Source: Lingula anatina (taxonomy: Eukaryota; Animalia; Brachiopoda). From it: a stretch of 64,000 nt of DNA. The DNA lies in assembly GCA_051362555.1 (NCBI GenBank), contig CM120645.1, positions 23,774,934 to 23,838,933 of the forward strand, in the 5' to 3' direction. The first letter of the stretch is position 1. Each line of letters starts with the position of its first letter. Under the pieces are notes generated by a model. It saw nothing but the letters and a program-made list of their open reading frames with translations. It did not search any database and was not told where the DNA came from. Positions 1-12,269 of this stretch are shown piece after piece. The position numbers and the translations under genes were made by a program.

Positions 1-9
1 TTCAAAGAG

Positions 10-700
10 AAATTTTTGCCTATATCATATGTCAGAGAAACCTGTTTTAATGAAAAAAATCATATACAAGAAATTATCGGTTAAGATCACGTAGGGAAGC
101 CATTAATGTCTGCCTCGACGGCTGCCGGCATCACTAACACATGTTAATACATACCGTGAACACAAAAGGACTGGATAATGACAAATCAGCAACAATCAAA
201 ACGCAGTAGTTTCATACACCAGTATTACATTTTTTCACAATTATTATTGAAATGTGCATTTTTCACTAAACAAACAGAGTTTCATTTGTCAAAAGCCATA
301 GAAAAATTAATGGGATTTGCCAGTATTTCTTCCTTTCACAGTCTGATCTAACCAGAGACATGAGGGCTTTGATAGATATTTTGATACTTTAAATTGCTTT
401 TAAGTGCGTTTTAAGAATTCTGATCTCAGCCCCGAAGCTGCTGGGCGTATATATACTGGAAAGTTAGTCCGTTGAACTCTCGAATATATCCAATTTAAGG
501 TAGTATAATTGTTGTCTGCACGAGACGCAGCATATACACTTTGACATACTTTTTTTGTAGACTTAGTTGCCTTAGTAGCTAACAAGTAGCAAAATCGATG
601 AGTCTATTGCGAAAAAAATGTTTTATTATACTCCCACACCACAAAAACAAATTGGTTCCATGAACTGACTACAGTATACAGGCTTACATCCCGTACTACC
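10..700. repeat. Paralogous copy of the gene A upstream region (5775-6455); the array probably continues left of the window
   Basis: Long shared blocks, e.g. tatcggttaagatcacgtagggaagccattaatgtctgcctc at about 75 and 5825, and catgaactgactaca at about 659 and 6425. Confidence 0.75.
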
Positions 701-1693
701 GTCAATGTCATTAAATGGATAACAGGGTTATAACATAATTATGTTATTGACTTAGTTTCAATTTGATCTTGGAAAAGCCATTTATATAACACAGAAATTT
801 AATTGTCAACGCAATCTCATCCACGTATCCCTGTCCATGTATCTAAATAAGTTAGACGTTGATCTGAAAATAACAAATCTTAATTAAGCTTTGATTAAAT
901 TTCTGACATTACAACTTCCTAACATACTATCAAAGAAGAGACATACGAAAAGTATCGCCTTAAACTGAAAGTACGGCTGGCATAAGTTTGGTGGTATAGC
1001 CGAGCGAAATATCGTAAATGAATATATGCACTGCAACCCTGGATGGCCACCATATGCTACACATGCTACCCGAGCTTACTTGACAGTTCCATACCCGCAC
1101 GTGTCTACTGGGATGACGTTACCAGCTCATTAACAATCTACAGTGGATTTTGGCAGATGTCATTTTAATGGGGCATATAACTACTATCACTGCAATTCGT
1201 GTTACCAGGTAATATGAATAGGCAATATTGAAATACTAAAAATCATTTGGAAGTAGTGTGACATTCTATTTTTACTGTGACAATCTTTGAAGTGAAAACA
1301 CCACAGTAGTATCACACAAAATTTCAAAATCACCAAAATGAAATTTCCTTCACATGTTTCATCCTTATACCAACCCCAACTGAAATGGAAAAAAAGTAAA
1401 CGGAATCAAACATGTCTGTAGTTTATATTTCCCGACCGAGGATCCCGACATTACTACAGTTTTTTCTCTCTCTCTCAAATTCAGTAATCTTCTGACATAT
1501 TGCTAAGCATAACTTAATTACAGGTAGCTTGCGCTATTTAATCCTATTATATAAAACAGAGGGTCATCTGGCTGAAACACCTGACATACCGCAGTAGTAA
1601 TTATTCTAATACATATGTAAGCATATATTGCATGATATCTCATGTAATGTATGGTAAAACTTACCATTCATGATAAAGATTGGGGGTAGCTTT

Positions 1694-4580
1694 TTACTGC
1701 AGCTGAGGGTCAAACATTTTCAAAATCTGCAATTGATTGAATATTGTATGTTTAACATCAAATACGAAAAGAATTTCATGGTAAGAAATGACCGATGATT
1801 ATTAAGAGAAAATTATTTGATTTTTTTTCATTGAGACGTTTCTTATTATTCTAAAGTGAGGTACGTAATTCCTACTGCAGATACCTGCAAAAACTAATAC
1901 GCACATTTTACCTATCGCGGTGTTCAATATGAATTTTCTCAAACAAACAAATCGTTATCAGGCCTACCCAACTACCAGACTCGGCACCGAATGATCCTGA
2001 ATTCACCGGTAGATCAGACCACACTACCCGTTTTCAAGGTGTGAGTCAGTACGCATTACACAGTATCATACCCTGAACAAATTTTGAGTGGTGATGCAAT
2101 GCATTTCAACCCCGCTGAGAATCGTCACTATCACATCGCGTACTAGGCAAGAGCGGTGTCGCGTCTGATACTGTGAAATGCGTACTGATACGCACCTTGA
2201 AAACGGGTAGTGTGATCCGATTTACCGGTGAACTCAGGATCATTCGGTGCCGAGTCTGGTAGTTGGGTAGGCCTGGTTATTATGTGCAGAATAATGAAAG
2301 AATCGTTCTAATCAAGTTTACCTTTTCACATGCTTCAATACATTCCTCCGTCCTCACGATCCCATCACCTGAATTAGAAAATAATAACTTTGTGACGTAA
2401 CTTTTAGAATTTGTGCAACATAAGGCATCGGCTCTGTTTCAGAAAAATATGAATTTAAGGTTTACTCTTCATTCGAAAGAATAAAGCAAACTAACCATCG
2501 ATATCTAGTGTGAGTAAAAGGTCTACATCAGCCGTAGTCAAAACACCATCGTCATTGAAATCATCCAGTTCAAATAATGCACGGATCCACTTTAATTTTA
2601 GATCATGATCAGTTTCAATGAAAAATCTCATATATTCGCCTAGAGTAACTTCATCATTATCTGAAAAAAAAGGTTGGTATTTTTAAATGTGGAGAAAATT
2701 ACGTGTCAATTTTCTCGATTATAAAAGACTTATATGACAAACTGGAATGGTATCCATTCCATGTTTCTAATTCCAGCTTATGCTGAACTATCAATACCGT
2801 TCCGGTTAAGTAGTGACGAGACTTAAACCCCATTCCCAGTGATTAGATCGATCCAACTAGATCGACCTAACTCCCTGGGGGTTCACGCTAAATAGCTGTC
2901 AGCCGAGCGGTCACGAAAGTTAAATACCCCCTTAAAGCTTGTAGTAGGCGGGACGGGCATTTAAGGTGGATTATCTGACAGCAATCTAGCGAGACTCCCC
3001 ACCGGGATAGATCGCTCTAAAACCTATGGGAATGCGCCCTTACGGTTCAAATCTATACTGGCCAGTACAGCCCCCCATTCGAGTTTTGTGAAGATACCAT
3101 CGTTATTGGTGTCCGTGGCATTGCAGACTAACTCTCCAAGCTCTCTCGCTGTTAGCCGTGGCATTGTGTCATTTACAGGAGCACAATAACTAAAACAATG
3201 TCAATTTAATTTTAAAAAATTCCGATAATCTTTATGAAGAGTATTTGCAATTATTGTGTTGTGTTCAGAGATGTGAAAGGAAAGCCACAAGAAGTATTCT
3301 TAAATGAGGCAAGCCTGTGTTTATAAGGAAATGGTTTAACAAAGGCGTTAAAAGTAGTGGCGATTTTCTTGAAAATAACAGAATTTTAACAAAGGAATAA
3401 TTTGAACAAATATTTAGCCTACAAAACTGTGGTGTGCTCACATTTTACGGTGTACGAAATTCTGTTAAGCACAGGCCTATGAATAAAACACAAAACGATG
3501 TTCTTGAGTTTACCCTTCACCCATTTTTGCCTCAAGCAATGGAGTTTCTTATCAAACATAGTAAAGGGTGTATAGACTTTTATCAAACTCTCTACCAGCC
3601 AGCTACACGGATGACAAACGAAAAAAAATTGAATGCAAAGTTAAATTTTGATGTACATTGGAAAGATGTATATAATAACTGTTTCGAAACAACAAAGAAT
3701 ACCACACGCAGTGGTTCCAGTGCCACATAATACATAGTCTCCTGCCTGTTTAATCATATTTAAAAACTATAGGGCTTGAAAATAATGACGTCTGTTCTCT
3801 GTGTTGCCAGGAGAAGACATTTCGCTTACTTTCTTCCACTGCGCGTATAGTAAGAAAATTTGGGCAGAACTGAAAGCTTACATCTTTATAAGAACAAATA
3901 AAGACATTACCTTTAATGAAAAATGCATCATTTTCGGCTATTCAACAAACCCAAACAGCCCAATTAATTTTGTTATTCTTTGTACAAAATTTTATATTTA
4001 CAAAATTTTCAAAAAGAAATAATGTGTGCGTCTTTTTTCATTCATAAATTACACAAAGGATCAATTTATAATAGAAAGATTCAATGTATTAAAAAAGCTA
4101 AATTTAACAAGCTTTGAAAAAAAATGGGAAAATTGGTCAGACGTGTGAATTTAATGAGTATTCATCTGTTTCAGCAAAATAATATATTGCACTTTTTTCT
4201 TGTTTAATAATCTATTGTATGTTTAGTTGAATACATTGAGGTATCGATATTTTTTTACACCTATTGCTCATGAGATTATAAACGTATATTCGTGTGTGTG
4301 TGAGAGAGTGTGTAAGAGAAAGAGAGAAAGTGAGTGTGCATTTAATATTTTTATGTATATGTTCTTCCCTGGACTGAAATATATCAATTAAAAAAAAGAA
4401 GTATTAGCACAAATAGCTAATTTATCATACGCTGTTATAAGCTGTTAATATACACATGTTATACATTCACCCTAATTATTAGTTGTTTACAAACCATTAA
4501 TTGATTTTAAGTTATCCCGAGTCAATGATCAAAACACTAAAAGAGTTAAAAACGGATTCAAGCGAAGCCCAGACCGAAGA

Positions 4581-4631
<51 letters not shown>

Positions 4632-4727
4632 GGGGAGAGAGAGAGGTTTAAGCATGATCATTAGTACCTACATGTTTGTCACCATGGAGACAACAGACAA
4701 GGTGACTGTCATCAAGTGGAACTTCAT
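1694..4727 (-). CDS. Gene A: secreted 4xEF-hand calcium-binding protein, 148 aa, most divergent array member
   Basis: Exons complement(4672..4727,3044..3189,2496..2660,2322..2368,1694..1726), all GT-AG with intron phases 2,1,1,0, total 447 nt. Protein MKFHLMTVTLSVVSMVTNIYCAPVNDTMPRLTARELGELVCNATDTNNDGIFTKLEWGAVLASIDLNHNDEVTLGEYMRFFIETDHDLKLKWIRALFELDDFNDDGVLTTADVDLLLTLDIDGDGIVRTEECIEACEKILKMFDPQLQ*. Hydrophobic N-terminus plus four 12-residue EF loops. Missed entirely by the ORF track. Confidence 0.88.
1959..2275. mobile_element. MITE with long terminal inverted repeats in gene A intron 4
   Basis: caggcctacccaactaccagactcggcaccgaatgatcctga at the left end and its reverse complement at the right end. 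Flanked by 5-bp direct repeat GTTAT (1954-1958, 2276-2280). Superfamily unassigned. Confidence 0.85.
2826..3039. mobile_element. Degenerate PIF/Harbinger-like MITE in gene A intron 2
   Basis: Imperfect inverted repeats (cattccca..gatcgatc..ctgtcag / ctgacag..gatcg..tgggaatg) flanked by TTA at 2823-2825 and 3040-3042. Confidence 0.55.
3270..4398 (+). mobile_element. Decayed 3' end of an L1/Tx1-like non-LTR retrotransposon in gene A intron 1
   Basis: Broken frames encode zf-RVT-like text (WFQCHIIHSLLP..., CSLC..EDISLTFFHC..SKKIWAEL, INFVIL..KFYIYK, FEKKW), followed by an A-rich tail near 4390. Boundaries approximate. Confidence 0.65.
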
Positions 4728-5906
4728 CTTCTAGCAGCAGTGTGTGCTACTTTAACATAATTTATTTATATTAATCCAGTAGATGAGAGTACAGTGAGAC
4801 AACCAAATGCATATTTTAATTTTACTCTAACACGTACGGCATGGCTTAAGGTCGCAAATTGCACCTCAAAGGGACCACGCGTAAAGATCAATTATAGAAT
4901 CAGTCTCGCTTTAGCAATGCTCTTGTAGCTACATTTACCTACTATTTTTCTGACTAATTCTAAAATCTAAATAAATGTCTACATGTAACTGAACAAAAAA
5001 TATGGGAAGATTTAAAGCAATTGGTTATAATGTCATTTCACACCTTTATTGTACTGGTATATTACAGTCTGTCAAAATGAAAAAGTTTGACTTTGGACAA
5101 TACGAATACTGGCCACTTAACGTATAAGTAACAAAGCGGAAGCAGGTACACAACGTAAAGGGTAACCTGGTCTGCTTTATCAAAAACGATTAAAAAAAAC
5201 GAATTATCTTTTTTCATGAAAATTAGATGAAGCATTGTAATTTTGTGAATTGATACAAATTGAAATATCATTGGAATGATCATATAAACTGTATGTAAAT
5301 GGTTTAAGAAACGGGGTCACATGATGTTTCTGATCCAACTATCTGGTATCACTCAAAATCCTTTAAACAGAATGCTGAAGAATCAGCTTACATGTAGGTT
5401 TATGTTTTGCAAACATAAACAACTAGTAAATCAAGCTATGTCAACTAGCAATAATTTCATTTAAAAACTTACCTGATATGATTGTTTACATTAGCGATGT
5501 TTATCAGTAGAGATCTCCGATTAAAATGACAAACTGAAGCGCACTTCTCTTCCAAGGGAGTTTATTGCGATAGCTATGCGACAGTCACGTCATCAGCAGA
5601 CATACGGGTATTTTCGAAGTATTCATTGACGGATGGAATTAAATCGGAACCCCTTCTACAACTCCTATCATAACTGCTGTAATAATGAACGTGTGTAAGG
5701 CAGACATGAGTGTCCGCCTTGAAACAGAGAGATCAAATTTGAATCAAAGTGAACATTTTCATCATGTCACATCCAAGAAAAACCTGTTTTAATTACAAAA
5801 ACATATAGAGGAAATTGTGAAAACTATCGGTTAAGATCACGTAGGGAAGCCATTAATGTCTGCCTCGGCGGCTGATGGCATCACTTTCACATGTAAATAA
5901 ATACCG

Positions 5907-5955
<49 letters not shown>

Positions 5956-7725
5956 ATAAACCCTGGATAATAGACAAATCAGCAACAATTAAAACGCAGT
6001 GGTTTCATATACCAGTATTACATTTTTTTTTCACAATTATAATTCAAATGTACATTTTTCACTAAAACAGAGCTTTATTTGTCAAAAGATTTTAAAAAAT
6101 TAATGAGATTCGCCAGTATGTCTTCTGTGATATATATTTTAATACTTTCAAGTACTTTTAATACATTTTAAGAATTCAAAAACAGCTCCAAATCTGCTGG
6201 GTGTACATTACATGTACTGGAAACATCCCTAGTCTTCTAAACTCTTGAATATAGCCAACAAAAAGTAGCATATTTTTTATCTAAACAAGACACAGCATAT
6301 ACACCTTGACATAGATTATTTTATAGACTTAGTTACCTTAGTAGCTTACAAGTGACAAAATTTATGGGGTCATTGCCAAACAAATGCTGTATTATACTCC
6401 CATACCACCAAAACACAATGGTCCCATGAACTGACTACAATATATACAATCCGTACTACACTCAAACCCAATATAGAGGTGTAATTGAGGTCAAAGGCAT
6501 GCTCTTAAAATATTTAGTGCACAGACTGCAATCTGTGTTTGATTATTTAAGGGTCCCACAGGAAGAAGTTTGTATCAAAGTTTCACTCTCATGGAACCAT
6601 GAATAATAAAAAATAATTCATCGTCTATCTCCAAAAAGGAACATACTTTACCGTCACAAATGCAAAACGTCCAGCTGTTTTTTATTTACTCAGCTTGAAA
6701 ACCGGTTGTCTTATTGTCTTTCTTGGAAAAGACTGGTAAATGTGGCCATGGAGACACCCCAAAACTTCTGAGTCATATAGAACACGTTAACTATGTTTTG
6801 TAGCGAAAAAAAGAGGAAATCGTACCGCCTATGAAATATCAACATTCATCACATTCCTCACATTTATTGGGACACATTAAATTAAAATCTGGGTATTAGT
6901 TTTAACAGAAGTAGTTTTCTACACCATTGTAACGATACTGGAGGTCCGTGTAACAGAAAGTCCGTACTCCATTAAGTTATAATGGTTAAGGTTAGTCTGA
7001 CCTAAGTGGGTCAAAATCTAGGGCTAGGTTTACTTGAACATGGGGGGGGGGGTCTCTAGATCACGTTACACCGTTATTTATGCAAATCATGTTGCCAGGC
7101 ATATCTGTATTATTATATTATTACATTATATTGTATTATATAGTTTTATATACTATATTACTAATATGTTTGGTTATACAGTTTATTACAAATGGATATT
7201 ATAACGAAAACCTTTAAGCCACTAAACTAGTTTTATTTTTTAATAATTAGTTAATTGCCCAAATGGTATTGAACCAAATATGTTCAAAATTGCTGATGAT
7301 TCACTATGATAATTTCCTGTCACGATGTCTTCTTAAAAACAGGAACTGAAAAAGAAAGAAACGATGTTGAATAAAACAAGTATGTTAACTAGACCAACCG
7401 ACTGATACACAGAGGTGTCACTCAAGTGGCTGAACATGCAAAAAAATACTCCCCCTCCAAAAAAAATAAAATAAAAGTGTTACATTGAATTTCATCTTCT
7501 GTTATTGAATTTGTGTGAATTTAGTCCGGAAACATCGCATCATTTGTCTTTTGAGCATGGTTATTAGGCTTTTGGGACTTCAGTCTAATACTGTTTTACG
7601 TAATCTACTGCATGTGAATATACCTACAAATGTCTATGTATTTATCGATACCTGCGCATACACCAAAATGCATGAGTCACACATTCAAAACTTACAAATT
7701 TTAGGGTAAATATTGTGGTAGCTAT

Positions 7726-8552
7726 TTACTCCAGCGTAGGGTCGTACTTTTTCAAAATCTGAAATTGATTAAAATAATTGATTAGCAATAAATATGAACG
7801 TAATTTTCTGTAACACTCATCCTTATACATTAATTTTCGAGTGTGCTGTCTCAAAAGGCTTTAAGTTTCCCAGCATTCATTCAAAAACTGTGATGTGGTA
7901 ATTCGTCAGATGGTAGCACTGTGCATTCAAGCGTGCTTACTGTCAGGGGCTGCTTCTTTTTAGTTTAGGGAAAGATCATCTGAATTTTCTTTCGTAAAGT
8001 GATATATCTTTCATATTGACATATGTTTCAGCTATTTGTGAGGTATTTAATTTCTAGTATAAATGAGCTAATGAAAACGTTTCATATAAGATACGTATTT
8101 CCAACATGCTTAATTTCTAAGATTAAAAATGTTGTTGCTTTCAAAACGCCATCCATACGGATATGGATACAGACATGGATATGGATATGGATACGGATAT
8201 GGTCTTACAACGTAGTAAGTACGAACTTGGTTTTTGTTTATATTCGTACTCGTACTTCATCTCTTGCCAAACCTCCCTCAAATTAAAACTCAAACAGACC
8301 TTTACACACGCCTCGACACATTCCTCCTCTTCTAACTGGCCATTGCCTGAAATAGAAACCAACAGTCATTTTATGGGATGTCGGATAATTCAAGCACACG
8401 TCTTCGACATTTAAGTTTTATGATATACAATATGACGAACCATACATGATTATAACTAGGTATAATACTTCAGACTTGTGCGTAAACATTTATTGGCTCC
8501 TGTAGCTTATTACAATTATACAAGTTACATCTGCTTCTTTGATAACAGTGTT

Positions 8553-8599
<47 letters not shown>

Positions 8600-10005
8600 T
8601 TGTTTTTTTATTATAACTTTGTATTTTTTAAAAAGTTTCGAGATCGCTAATGTTAATTGAACAGCAGGAATTTTACAAGCTCTGAATCGAGTTAGAATTG
8701 AATTAGAAGCTGTGTCTATATGTTATATTGTGGTTAAGACGGCATCAGGTCTAAAGACAAAATTATCAAAGCCGTGCTCATACTCTATTTCACTTGTAAT
8801 ATGTGGAGATTTCAATCAGAAAGATTGACTTTCAGAATAAAACATCCCTTGTGTGTTACATTACATTTTGATGAAAATATTAAAATAACTTTAGTATCAT
8901 TGACCACATAACAAAAAAGTTTTAAGTGAACTTCTTGGGTAGATTTCTTTAATTTACGTCTGTTTTACAACAAGAAGCAAAAAATCCATATTTTGTTTTC
9001 ATGAATATCTATTTTTTCAACTGTAACCCGTATTTTTTGTCATTAAATGACTAATTCATACTTCAGATATTTGAATAAACTGTTATGGCAGGGGCAAAAT
9101 GCACTTACCATTGGTATCTAGTGTCAATAAGTCAGACAATTCATCTTCTGTCAGTACCCCGTCTCCGGTAAAATCAACCATTTCAAAGAGTGCACGAGAC
9201 CAAAGCGGCTTAAATGTGGGATACTTTTTGGTCAAAAACCTCAGCAGTTCACTTTGTGTGACTTCATCATTGTCTACAACACGGAAGAATATTGAGCATT
9301 GTCGGTTAAGCAATACTTAATTGCATGGATTCGTACAATTAATCTTTCAGAGAATGTTCAATGTGTTCACAGTGTCGCCTTATATTTCATACTGTAGCTT
9401 ATTGAGAGAGCAATTAATATTAAATTTTATTCAAGAATTTCCACCATCTCAGTGCTATGAATATTAGCAAAGGTTGTGGTCAGTGACTTCATAATTCCAG
9501 AGTTATTTGTGAAAAATATTTAAATTATATCACGAATTTGGTTTGGTTGCAACGTTTAATGCTAACTTACTGGTACTAAAAATACAAATAGAAATTTCGG
9601 CTATGTTGCGGTGTTATAACCGTTACAGATAAGACATACTGCGTTACGAAAGTGACACGCTGCAACTTACGATCAAAGTCGGCGGAAGCCATGACGGCAG
9701 CCCATTCCAACATAGTGATAATATCGTCATCATTAGTGTCCAAATAATCGCAACCCATCCTCCCAATCTCCAACGCTGTCAACTGAGGCTTTTCCTGATT
9801 TGTGGGAGCACAGTGACTAAAATAAAGTAAATTGATTCAAATAATCAAGTATGTGCTATGTTCAAGATGTACGTATGTTTCATTTCAAATGTAAAAAATG
9901 CATCCTTTTGATTTTGTGTGTCTTGCACAACCATCCTGTGTTGTGATTGAATTTCGAAGTGTTGAAAATAATGCCAATGGGTTTTAATAGACAGACCCCT
10001 GAGTG

Positions 10006-10045
<40 letters not shown>

Positions 10046-10123
10046 GAGCATAAGCACAAGTACTTACATTTTCCTAGCCATGGAGACAACACACACAACC
10101 ACGATTATCAACTTCAACTTCAT
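7726..10123 (-). CDS. Gene B1: secreted 4xEF-hand calcium-binding protein, 148 aa
   Basis: Exons complement(10068..10123,9671..9816,9109..9273,8300..8346,7726..7758). Protein MKLKLIIVVVCVVSMARKIHCAPTNQEKPQLTALEIGRMGCDYLDTNDDDIITMLEWAAVMASADFDHNDEVTQSELLRFLTKKYPTFKPLWSRALFEMVDFTGDGVLTEDELSDLLTLDTNGNGQLEEEECVEACVKILKKYDPTLE*. Exon sizes 56/146/165/47/33 are identical to gene A. The exon 4 donor is the weaker GTCTGT. Confidence 0.9.
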
Positions 10124-10531
10124 TCTGCAGTTTGGTGTACTTGAACAGAAGTAATTGATACAAATATGAATATAATTTCAAAACTCACGTGTTGATGTTA
10201 ATGTTCAAAAACGCAATGGAGTAGAGCTCTCCGACCGAAATATCCACAAAACAGGATTCGCTCGAGTCTTTTTATGAGAAATTATAGTGAGAGCTAAGTC
10301 AGCTGCTAACATACGGGTATTTTGATGTACTCTACAAAAGGTGAAAGTACACTGTAAATGAGTCCTTGAAAAGTTTCCACTTGAAAAGTGTTTTATTAAG
10401 GCGTTTTTGTCCGTCTTGGGAGAAGGAGGTAGAATTTGTTTCAGTCAAAAGGATGTTTTGCTTACGTAAAATTGTGTGAGAACAAGTTTGCCCTGTTCAA
10501 GACAAACAAATATAAAAAGGAAGTATTGACC

Positions 10532-10579
<48 letters not shown>

Positions 10580-10874
10580 AATTTCCAATAGCATTTGATA
10601 AGGTCACGTACGACAGCTGCCAGCATCACTTAATTACATGTTAAAAAACCCATGGAGCCAACAGACAACATATAATAAATCAACAGAAATAAATTTAAAT
10701 GCAGTAGTGGCACATCTACATTTATATAGTATAGCATCATGAATAGCGGAAAATCAAGACATTCAATCACTCTGTCCTTCCATGGTTTTATTGAAACGTC
10801 GTTACATCAGCAATTTGATATGGTTTGTGACAGATGTCATTTTGCACCTGCACAAAATTGTCCCTGGTAACCAG

Positions 10875-11430
10875 TAGTAACTAAAGACATATCTCTGCCA
10901 GTTTTGAAGATATAAGGAACGAAAAAGTTGTCCAATTCAGTTCATGGTGAAAAATAGACCAAAGGTCAATTTGAAGGTAACAGTTAGATTGCCAATATAT
11001 ATCTTCCTATGCAAGTTCAACAGTAACTATAGTTCAATAGTATCTCTACCAGTGTTGGAGATATTAGGGAAAGAAATCTTGCAAAAGTCGGTTCATGTTG
11101 AAAAGTAGGTCCAAGGTCAATCTCAGGGTCACATTTAGATTGCCAGTATATGACTTCCTATTCAACTTCAATAGTAACTATGGCCCTATCTCTGCCAGTT
11201 TTGTCGATATAAAGGACTAAAATGTTTTTGGAGTTACGGTAATTTGCCATAAATTCCTTACAGAAGAAATTAATTGAAATAAAGAAAAGGGACGTGAGAC
11301 GTGCTCAGAAATTCCAGATGTTCGAATTTAATGAAATTAATTTCATTTTTTACCATGGCGGCGGAGCCGGCGGACGAGACAGGTCGGGACTTAAACCATG
11401 CGTATCGCCAGCGCCTACGCTGGTGGTAAA
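10875..11430. mobile_element. Probable Helentron-associated/satellite-bearing element remnant (second copy about 30485-31050)
   Basis: About 150-bp internal tandem units (tatctctgccagtttt...aaggtcaat at ~10890, ~11040, ~11185) and a GC-rich end with short inverted repeats (ttttacca...tggtaaaa). Absent at the homologous position upstream of the C genes. Confidence 0.45.
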
Positions 11431-12269
11431 ATAATAATCCATTTTGCAATCTTAAAGTTTAAAATTGAAAAAACATCACAAGATTCCCTCTAAAAATAAT
11501 CAGAATGAAATAACACCCATTTCATGGGCTTATTGGAGTTGTCTAATTCCAATTATATGACCTCAAAAATAGACAGTACTTATACTGGTTTGGCGTTTTA
11601 GACATTTGTATCAAAAGACGTCGACCTTTGTCATCAAATATAACTTAAAACATTCTTTGTATTTATAACATTTTAAAAACCTCATTATGACTTTATAAGA
11701 AGTATTCGCAAATAAGATTTTAAGGTAGTCCTCACCCTAACCTTGAATAAATTTTAAGTAGTTAGCAATTGCTATCAAAAATGAACGATTTCATTTCAAA
11801 ACTTACTTGAATTCTCACCAGCGATGTACATCAGTGGCGATCTTCGACTTAAATGTCAACTAGGAACCCCCTACTGTTGCCATCAGCACAATATGGGGAT
11901 TTTTAAAGCTTGAATCGATTGCGTAATGTATAGTAAGACATGACTGACGCCTGCCGTTTTTAAACATATACACACGTAATTGTGAAAAGCAAAATCTATT
12001 TTGATCACGAAAGGAGGACGTAAAATGGCAACGATACCGGCATTAGTGTTTGCAGTGTTAAAAGCGTAATTGAAAGTTTGACAGATAATAAATAATCACC
12101 TAAAAACATATAAGCGCCATACACGTCTACCAGTATCTCACGCTTCACAGTTAGCACGAAAAATTACACATTCGACACTAATGTGAAATTCATTCAATTC
12201 ACTGTGTTAGGAAAAAGTTACTCAAATTTTAAGCCACATAAATCGTGTTCCATAATCCCTCACCACAAA

